Of a DNA stretch of 32,828 bases, positions 26,346 through 32,828 are shown one piece after another. The DNA lies in the NCBI GenBank assembly GCA_047638655.1, contig JBLIMI010000001.1, positions 1-32,828 on the forward strand. Direction: 5' to 3'. Position numbers and translations under genes: made by a program. Every line of letters starts with the position of its first letter. Position 1 is the stretch's first letter. Under the pieces are notes generated by a model. That model ran no database searches. It saw only the letters and a list, made by a program, of their open reading frames with translations, and had not been told where the DNA came from. The DNA is from Minisyncoccia bacterium (lineage in GTDB: Bacteria > Planctomycetota > UBA1135 > GCA-002686595).

Positions 26346-27134
26346 TTACATCCAGGCGCCGCCGTTCATGTCGAGGGATTGGCCAGTGACACCGCGTGCG
26401 TCATCCGAGATGAGCCAAGCGACCATGCCTGCGATATCTTCTGGTTCACTCATGCGACCGAGGGGGACAGCGCTCATCGCCATGGCGTAAGCTTCATCGT
26501 AGGTCTGTCCCGTGGCGTCGGCGATGCCTTGCACACCGTCTCGGGCCATTTGCGTGTCGACCCAGCCGGGGCAGATCGCGTTGACTTGTACTTCATGCTC
26601 GGCTACCTCCGCAGCGAGCGCACGGACCAGGCCCAGAATGCCGGTCTTCGACGCGCAGTAACCCGTGTATGCGGGGACGCCAATGCGCGCCAAGATGGAC
26701 GAGATGGCAACCAGGTGGCGCGGCCCATTGCCTTCCGGAGCTAGTTGTGCCTGTGCCGCCCGGAAGGAGTTGTACGTCCCGATGAGGTTGATATCGATCA
26801 ACTCTGCGAAGCGGTCCTCGGCACCGTCCATGTTCGCACCTCCCACGCCGGCGTTGGCGACGAAGGCGTGCAGCGGACCCCGTTGTTCGACCGCCTTGGC
26901 TAGGGCGGTATCGAGTGCAGCGCGTTCGCGCACGTCGCAGGACGCCGTACCCAGTTGCTCGGAAGGGGCCTCTCGTTCTTGCTGGCACTCGCCGGCGACC
27001 GTGTCAAGTCGATTCGCGTCCCGCGCGAGCAACGTCAAAGCGGCACCATCGCTCCAAAGTCGATGGGCAATGGCCCGTCCAATTCCAGTTCCGGCTCCAG
27101 TGATGACGACGTGTTTTCCAGCAAAGCGGCTCAT
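26346..27134 (-). CDS. Short-chain dehydrogenase/reductase (SDR) family oxidoreductase
   Basis: ORF trimmed to the ATG at 27134: MSRFAGKHVVITGAGTGIGRAIA (TGxxxGxG). NAGV and the catalytic YTGYCASK (YxxxK) are present. Length is 262 aa. Confidence 0.88.
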   Translation of the reverse strand: MSRFAGKHVVITGAGTGIGRAIAHRLWSDGAALTLLARDANRLDTVAGECQQEREAPSEQLGTASCDVRERAALDTALAKAVEQRGPLHAFVANAGVGGANMDGAEDRFAELIDINLIGTYNSFRAAQAQLAPEGNGPRHLVAISSILARIGVPAYTGYCASKTGILGLVRALAAEVAEHEVQVNAICPGWVDTQMARDGVQGIADATGQTYDEAYAMAMSAVPLGRMSEPEDIAGMVAWLISDDARGVTGQSLDMNGGAWM

Positions 27135-27257
27135 GGCAACAGAATCAGGTGGGTGCGGGAGGAGTGTGAGGTGGAAGAGGGCGCTACTCTGACACAGGTC
27201 AGGGCCCTCGGCGCGCCAGGCTGTTGCCTTTTTCACGGTATTGAAGACACTCTCTTC

Positions 27258-28547
27258 ATGAAGAGCACTCGTCAAGACCTGCCCGGCCTGGTGACCGTTG
27301 AGCACGAATTTACCGTTCCCCTTGATCACCAGCAACCCAACGGCGAGAGCATTCGGGTCTTTGCACGGGAAGTCTCGACGCCCAGTGCCAACGAAATGGA
27401 CCTGCCCTGGTTGCTCTACTTGCAGGGTGGACCCGGTTATCCTGCCCCGCGTCCCAACTCAAACGCGGGCTGGTTGGCCCGCGCGATGAAGGATTTCCGT
27501 GTCCTGTTGCTCGACCAACGCGGCACGGGCAACAGCACTCCCGTGACCCACGAAAGTCTGGCGCGCTTCACCAGTGCTCAGCAGCAGGCGGACTACCTGC
27601 AGCACTTTCGCGCTGACTCGATCGTCGCCGACGCGGAGCACATTCGGCGAGAATTACAAGGCGAGGGCGGTCGTTGGACCTTGCTCGGTCAGAGCTTTGG
27701 AGGGTTTTGTGCCATCCACTACCTTTCGGTGGCCCCCGCTAGTTTGGCCGCTGTTTTGATCACGGGTGGGCTGCCCGGCTTGGACGGCCCCATCGAGGCA
27801 GTGTATCGAAGGACCTACGCGAAGATGGCGGAGAAGAATCGCTCTTACTACGCGCGTTACCCTCGGGACGTGGAGCATGTCCGTGAGATCGCGGGCTACC
27901 TCACCGAGAATGACGTCAAGCTTCCGGGCGGCGCGTCGCTCACTGTCCATCGATTGCAATCGATTGGCGGGGCGCATGGCATGAGCGATGGTTTTGAGAG
28001 CTTGCATTACTTGCTCGAAGGGGCATTCGTTGAGGGTGCGAATGGCCGTCAGCTCAGCTACTCCTTTCTGCGCCGCGTCGAGGATTCCACTCATTACGAC
28101 ACCAATCCGATCTACGCCATATTGCACGAGTCGATCTACGCCCAGGGATCTGCGAGCGAATGGTGTGCCTCGCGCTTGCGCGAGGAGTTCTCCGAGTTTG
28201 ACGAGCAGGCAGCGCCGCTTTTCTTCACCGCTGAGATGATCTACCCCTGGATGTTCTCGGAGTCGCCCGTGTTGGCGAGCTTGGCGGAGGCAGCGGAAAT
28301 CTTGGCCAGCAAGACAGACTGGGGTCAGCTCTACGACACCGAGGTTCTCTCCAAGAATGTGGTGCCGGTAGCGGCGGCGGTCTACCACGATGACGCCTAT
28401 GTTCCTGTCGAGCTCTCCTTGGCTACGGCGGCTCGAATTCAGAACTGTCGCACTTGGATTACAAACGAGTACGAGCACAACGGCTTGCGGGTGGATGGTT
28501 CGCGTATTGTTGCCCGATTGCTGGAATTGACGCGCGGAGAGGTCTGA
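27258..28547 (+). CDS. Alpha/beta hydrolase, S33 prolyl aminopeptidase-like
   Basis: ORF trimmed to the ATG at 27258. It has LYLQGGPGYPAPRP, LLDQRGTGNSTPV and the nucleophile elbow LLGQSFGG (GxSxG). The size (429 aa) fits long-form proline iminopeptidases. Confidence 0.8.
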   Translation: MKSTRQDLPGLVTVEHEFTVPLDHQQPNGESIRVFAREVSTPSANEMDLPWLLYLQGGPGYPAPRPNSNAGWLARAMKDFRVLLLDQRGTGNSTPVTHESLARFTSAQQQADYLQHFRADSIVADAEHIRRELQGEGGRWTLLGQSFGGFCAIHYLSVAPASLAAVLITGGLPGLDGPIEAVYRRTYAKMAEKNRSYYARYPRDVEHVREIAGYLTENDVKLPGGASLTVHRLQSIGGAHGMSDGFESLHYLLEGAFVEGANGRQLSYSFLRRVEDSTHYDTNPIYAILHESIYAQGSASEWCASRLREEFSEFDEQAAPLFFTAEMIYPWMFSESPVLASLAEAAEILASKTDWGQLYDTEVLSKNVVPVAAAVYHDDAYVPVELSLATAARIQNCRTWITNEYEHNGLRVDGSRIVARLLELTRGEV

Positions 28548-28714
28548 AGCGTCCGTCAGTGGAGCTCTGTGTGTTTGCGGGCTCGCGGTTTGGTCGTCCT
28601 GGCCAGCAATGCGCTTGAGCGGGCTCTTGCGGAAATACGCTGGGTGCACCAAAATCGGCTTGTTCCGGTTCGCCGCCCGCAGCTGTAGCACCCACGTTTC
28701 CAGGAGGGATATTC

Positions 28715-31700
28715 ATGTCGTCACGACATCTACGGTTGGTCGTACTTGCATGTGCGATCTTTAGCTCGTTCACACCGGTACCGCTCGCACTCGCCAACAA
28801 CTCGACAGGCACGGGAGGCGGAACGGCACCCTTCCAAATCGTTGACAATGTGGAAGGGTCCTTCGTCAACCTGAATCACTTTGCTGTGCGGCCGATTGTG
28901 GCCCACCCCTCGGGCAGTGGTTTCTTTGCGCTCAACACCCACGCTTCCACCGTGGAAGTCTTTGATGACACATCCAGCGCTCCGATCGCCGTTTGGGACG
29001 TGCCGTGGGGACCCGTGGCGGCTCGTCTCTGGACCAATTCCAGCACCCGTGAGACGAGCTTGCTCGTCAGTTGCCGTGGCAGTCGCTTGCTTGCGCGGCT
29101 CGACATCACGAGCGGCGAGATCTTGGAGCTTACGCCTCTACCGGCTGAGCCAGCGGATCTCTTGGTGCTCGATGGCGACATCGCTTTCGTGGCCTGTTCG
29201 TCTTTGGACACCGTGGTGCAGATCGATCTACTGAGCGGTGCCAAGATCGAATACTCGCCGACGACCCACCCGAACTTCAACTGCAAGAACCCGGTCTTCT
29301 TGGCAAAGAGCAACTCCGGCAAGGTGTTCGTTGCTCCCATGCACTCGGGCAACAACTCAACCGCCAGCCGCCGGGTGGCGCGCCAAGCCGGGACTGTGCT
29401 CGACCTCAACGATCCCACTGTGGCTGTGCAGGGGCTGCCGGATGAGGACCTGTTCCTGATCAATCCGGTGACGCATGTTGTCCTGCCCGCCGCGACGGGA
29501 GTGGGGACGACGTTGTTTGGCTTTGAGATCAACCCGGTGACCACGCGCACTTGGGTACTCAATACAGAAGCGAACAATAAAGGTGCCATGAATCAGGGCG
29601 AAGCCGCCGTGCGTGGGCGCGTTGTGGCCAATCGCCTCTCGATCCTGCGAGCCAACACGTCTTCGCCCTTGCCCGTGCCGGATTTGATTGTGGACCTGGA
29701 TGACAGTGATCCCGTCACGCCCGGTACCCAGTATCACCGACCGGACTCGGTCGCGCAGCCCTTTGGCCTCGGCTTCCGTGCCGATGGTCACGGGTACATT
29801 GTGGGGTTGGGCACCGACAATGTCGTTGAACTCGACGAGAACGGTTTTCGTCTGAGTGAGTTCAACTTGCCCAATGGATCCATTCCTCGGGCTTTGGTGG
29901 TGAATGACGCGGCAGGTGTGTTCTGGGTTTATTGCTGGGGTAGCAACCAGGTTCGCGAGTACCAGATCAGCGATTCGTCGCTGATTCGTGTTTGCCAGCT
30001 CTCCGTCGATCCCACGCCTCCGAACATCGCTGCCGGGCGTGAGTTGTTCTACGACGCCGGCCATTCCTTCTTCAACAACGGTTCCTGCGCATCCTGTCAC
30101 GTGGAAGGGCGGACGGATTTCCTGGTTTGGAACCTCGAGCAGACGGGTGTGGATGACAAGGGGCCGCTCTTGACTCAAAGCATGACCGGGCTCGCTCCGC
30201 TGGCTCCCTTCCACTGGCGTGGCGAACGCAAGGATCTCGCGGAGTTCAACGGTGCCTTCGATGATCTGCTGGGGGGGACGCCCCTCTCGCGGGAGGATCT
30301 CGCGGACTTCCAAGCGTTTGTCCTTTCGCTCACAAATCCGGCCAATCCCTACTCGACGCGTGAGCGTGAACTCGACGACAGCAAGATCCCCAACAGTGTT
30401 GCGAACTCCGCCAGCGCTATTGCGGGCCAAGTCGCGTACTTCAACACACCGATCTCAACGGATCGTTTTTGCAACTCCTGTCACGCGCTTCCGACTGGGA
30501 CCAATCACCACATCTTTGGCGGTGAGCCCTCGGAAGTGGTTCCCAAACGAGTCTTCAATAAGGTCGTCCCTTTCAATCAGACGTTTAGGCGTCTGACTAG
30601 CAAGGTGCCGATCGAGACTTACATCGAGCCAGGCAATCCGGGAGCCGGCACACTGGTGGACAACCGGGGATATCTCGGAGTCGCTGCGACCCACGCTGGA
30701 TTGATCGAGGACTTCACCACTCGCATCTCGGACTTCTTCAGTGGGCCCGTAGTGGATGATCTGACATCCTTCGTGATGCAACTGGACACTGGCGTGGCTC
30801 CCGCCATTCACCAGGCCTTCTTGTTGGACGCGAGCACCTTGGTGCAGTCGCAACCCGAGTTGGAAAATTACCTGATGCCCATGGCCGCCGCGCGTCATTG
30901 CGATGTGGTCGTGATCGGTCGTTCGGAGCCGGGCGCAGTTCATGTTCGTTGGGCCTGGGAGCGCTCGAGCAACATGTTCATCCCAGATTCGTCGACCTTG
31001 ACGCCGAGAACACTGGCGGACTTCATCGCCAACGCTGGCAGTGAACGCCACGTCTTCTACGGCTTGCCCGTGGGGATGGCCCGGCGCCAGATGATCGACC
31101 TGGACCTCGACGGACTGGTGAATTCCAAGGATCCGCAACCGGCGACACCAGCGGTTGACAGCAACGACACGACGGCCCCCGTCTTCGTGCAACTGCCCAC
31201 TTTGAAGTGGGCCACCACCAGTACCGCACGTTTGCAGTTCGAGACCAACGAACCAACGGTCTATCGCATCACCTATGGTGAGGGGCTGCATCCGGATCGT
31301 TGCGAACCGAAGAGCGCCGAGTGTGATACGACAAGCGATGCTTGGAGCCAGGCCCACACACCACTCTTGACAGAGATGCAGGCCGGCACCGCCATCGACA
31401 ACGGCATCTACGTGCCGGTGACATTCTCTTACGCTCCCGTTGTTGAGGTGTTTGACCGCGCGGGAAACACGACTAGCTTCACCATGCCCTCATTCGATAG
31501 CTTGCCTCACGGGCCGGCTAGCTTGGATGATGTGATCGTTGGCCGCTTGTTTTGGCAGCAATTCGACGATCACGGGCCTGGACCTTTGCAAGCGCGAGCG
31601 GACATTCAGGTGCTGTTCAAACACGGCGCGCCTCCTCAACCGCCGGTGGCGCAATTCCTAGTGGCTTGCCGCATCTTGGTGGATGGAGTGCCCAACGACA

Positions 31701-32119
31701 CATGGGTACCCGTGGGCCCGGGCGTCTATCGCGTGGACGAGATCGAGTGGCAAGACCAGAATGACAGCAAGGTCCTGGATGTCAGCGGCCCGCTTCTCGT
31801 GAGTTCCGAAACGGATCTCAATGGCATGGCCCACGTGGCCTTTGAGATTCCCGGTTTGTCCGTCGGGCAGAAAGTCACCATCAACCTCGAGTCGGTGTTC
31901 CGTTTTGACACTTCGCAGCGAGCCACCCTCTACGCAAACCTCGACGCAGCCAACAATTGCGCAACGTCCGGTGGTCCACCCCCCTGCCGGGTGGTGGTTC
32001 CCGTGACCTTCTTCGGACGCGCAGGCACCCGTTGGAGCATGCCGGACACGAAGAAGCGCAGGCGCACCTTGACCGAACCCTTCGACCCTCTGGCGCAGAC
32101 CCAGATTCCGCTGTTCTAG
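28715..32119 (+). CDS. 1134-aa secreted multidomain protein: beta-propeller-like N-terminal region, di-haem cytochrome c peroxidase/MauG-like domain, and a large C-terminal region
   Basis: SD AGGAGGG lies upstream of the ATG, and the signal peptide is MSSRHLRLVVLACAIFSSFTPVPLALA. There are two CXXCH motifs: CASCH at nt 30086-30100 and CNSCH at nt 30470-30484. Their contexts are GRELFYDAGHSFFNNGSCASCH and PFHWRGERKDLAEF, like the FWDGR region of di-haem peroxidases. Further along are DLDLDGLVNSKD (Ca-binding-like) and TAPVF...ARLQFETNEPTVYRITYG (Fn3/Ig-like). Confidence 0.85.
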   Translation: MSSRHLRLVVLACAIFSSFTPVPLALANNSTGTGGGTAPFQIVDNVEGSFVNLNHFAVRPIVAHPSGSGFFALNTHASTVEVFDDTSSAPIAVWDVPWGPVAARLWTNSSTRETSLLVSCRGSRLLARLDITSGEILELTPLPAEPADLLVLDGDIAFVACSSLDTVVQIDLLSGAKIEYSPTTHPNFNCKNPVFLAKSNSGKVFVAPMHSGNNSTASRRVARQAGTVLDLNDPTVAVQGLPDEDLFLINPVTHVVLPAATGVGTTLFGFEINPVTTRTWVLNTEANNKGAMNQGEAAVRGRVVANRLSILRANTSSPLPVPDLIVDLDDSDPVTPGTQYHRPDSVAQPFGLGFRADGHGYIVGLGTDNVVELDENGFRLSEFNLPNGSIPRALVVNDAAGVFWVYCWGSNQVREYQISDSSLIRVCQLSVDPTPPNIAAGRELFYDAGHSFFNNGSCASCHVEGRTDFLVWNLEQTGVDDKGPLLTQSMTGLAPLAPFHWRGERKDLAEFNGAFDDLLGGTPLSREDLADFQAFVLSLTNPANPYSTRERELDDSKIPNSVANSASAIAGQVAYFNTPISTDRFCNSCHALPTGTNHHIFGGEPSEVVPKRVFNKVVPFNQTFRRLTSKVPIETYIEPGNPGAGTLVDNRGYLGVAATHAGLIEDFTTRISDFFSGPVVDDLTSFVMQLDTGVAPAIHQAFLLDASTLVQSQPELENYLMPMAAARHCDVVVIGRSEPGAVHVRWAWERSSNMFIPDSSTLTPRTLADFIANAGSERHVFYGLPVGMARRQMIDLDLDGLVNSKDPQPATPAVDSNDTTAPVFVQLPTLKWATTSTARLQFETNEPTVYRITYGEGLHPDRCEPKSAECDTTSDAWSQAHTPLLTEMQAGTAIDNGIYVPVTFSYAPVVEVFDRAGNTTSFTMPSFDSLPHGPASLDDVIVGRLFWQQFDDHGPGPLQARADIQVLFKHGAPPQPPVAQFLVACRILVDGVPNDTWVPVGPGVYRVDEIEWQDQNDSKVLDVSGPLLVSSETDLNGMAHVAFEIPGLSVGQKVTINLESVFRFDTSQRATLYANLDAANNCATSGGPPPCRVVVPVTFFGRAGTRWSMPDTKKRRRTLTEPFDPLAQTQIPLF

Positions 32120-32140
32120 TTGGAGTCGCTCTTGCACGAA

Positions 32141-32175
32141 GAAGCCCGCGAGTTGCTCAGCAGCTCGCGGGCTTC
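32141..32175. terminator. Bidirectional hairpin terminator between convergent genes
   Basis: GAAGCCCGCGAG (32141-32152), an 11-nt loop region, then CTCGCGGGCTTC (32164-32175). This is a perfect 12-bp stem, followed by TCTCATTGTGCTT. It sits between the stop at 32119 (plus strand) and the stop at 32207 (minus strand). Confidence 0.7.
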
Positions 32176-32206
32176 TCTCATTGTGCTTGGGTCTCGCCGC
32201 TCGTCT

Positions 32207-32752
32207 CTACTTCGGTTGCGGGTTGGGCTTCGGTTGCGGAGGGCCAGGCGAGCCCATCATCACCGAGCCAGGCGCAGCAGGTTCAGACGTGCACTCGACC
32301 TCCGCGGCTTCACAGTCCTCGTCGGCGAACCCGACGTATCCGAGGGCTCCCAGCTGTTCCAGATGAGGTTCCCCTTGAACCTGTTCGATCGGCGGAGCTG
32401 CCTTGGGCTCTTGCTCCGTGTGGCAGGCTGCACTCAGGCTGACCCCCAGAGCGAGGGCGGCAGCAGCCACCCGTGGAGTACGGCCGGACTTGCGTGGGCC
32501 ATGCTGGGGGTCATCCGCCGTGATGCAGCTACCGTCCCGGCGGAATTCGAGCCGGACGCAGAGGCGTTCTCCTTTCTCGCGGCGAGCGAGCACGGCCTCT
32601 CCCTCGGACCTCCCCATGGCCGCCAAGTTGATCACGTGCAAGTTGCACTGGTCACAATGGCGTTGTTGCTGGTCCCCTTCCATTCCTTCCCAGGAGGCCG
32701 TGCAGGGCTCCGGAATGGTGATGTCCTCTAGTTCTCTATTCTTTAGTTCCAT
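32207..32752 (-). CDS. Small single-pass membrane protein with an N-terminal Cys-motif (zinc-ribbon-like) domain
   Basis: The N-terminus is MELKNRELEDITIPEPCTASWEGMEGDQQQRHCDQCNLHVINLAAM...LCVRLEFRRDGSCIT, a C-x2-W...R-x-C-x2-C...C pattern. A hydrophobic segment follows (VAAAALALGVSLSAA), then an acidic, Pro-rich tail. The frame stays open upstream to the window end, so the start is not proven. Confidence 0.6.
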   Translation of the reverse strand: MELKNRELEDITIPEPCTASWEGMEGDQQQRHCDQCNLHVINLAAMGRSEGEAVLARREKGERLCVRLEFRRDGSCITADDPQHGPRKSGRTPRVAAAALALGVSLSAACHTEQEPKAAPPIEQVQGEPHLEQLGALGYVGFADEDCEAAEVECTSEPAAPGSVMMGSPGPPQPKPNPQPK

Positions 32753-32828
32753 GACGGGTCGGGTTGGCTGCTCGGGCGTGTGTACCTGTCCTACGCTTTG
32801 CGAGGGACCCTTCTTGGAGCCAAGTAGG

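Noticed and set aside
27654-31357. Minus-strand ORFs 27654..28691 (345 aa), 28876..29589 (237 aa), 29357..30430 (357 aa) and 30455..31357 (300 aa), opposite the aminopeptidase and the 1134-aa gene.
   Set aside because: They are antisense to ORFs with clear motifs (GQSFGG and two CXXCH). Their composition is Arg/Gly/Val/His-rich, with no signal peptides or domains.

Overview
This is a dense, high-GC (about 60% by eye) bacterial chromosomal segment with about 27 protein-coding genes. I found no rRNA or tRNA genes, no CRISPR array, and no transposase, integrase, phage or recognisable defence genes.

- **1-12044:** one long minus-strand run. It holds a 5'-edge-truncated BNR/sortilin-like gene (missing from the ORF track), etfB-etfA, two unknown secreted proteins, lptB, lepA-lepB, rph-rdgB and birA.
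- **12129-16341 (plus strand):** two tandem exported COG1228-type amidohydrolases and a PutP-like Na+/solute symporter.
- **16417-25374 (minus strand):** apt followed by a sigma-28 (FliA/WhiG)-type sigma factor, a C39-like cysteine-peptidase lipoprotein, an ABC-F ATPase, a secreted poly-Pro/HEAT-repeat protein, a second Na+/solute symporter and a HIT protein.
- **Right end:** a lone pyrK-like flavoprotein, an SDR, an S33 prolyl-aminopeptidase-like hydrolase, a 1134-aa secreted beta-propeller/di-haem peroxidase-like fusion protein and a small Cys-motif membrane protein.

I do not see a convincing multi-gene novel system; this looks like a mostly housekeeping region. The most unusual items are:
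- the 1134-aa di-haem fusion protein and its convergent Cys-motif neighbour;
- the poly-Pro/WWW-motif HEAT protein;
- the C39-like lipoprotein that overlaps the ABC-F gene;
- a 4x15-bp in-frame tandem repeat on a start codon;
- a signal peptidase I with two large insertions;
- three unexplained non-coding stretches (707-1637, 6102-6577, 17863-18167).

All functional calls come from motif recognition by eye. No database or HMM search was run, and start codons are best guesses. Taxonomy is only an inference: the gene content and motifs are reminiscent of PVC/Planctomycetota-like or Myxococcota-like genomes.
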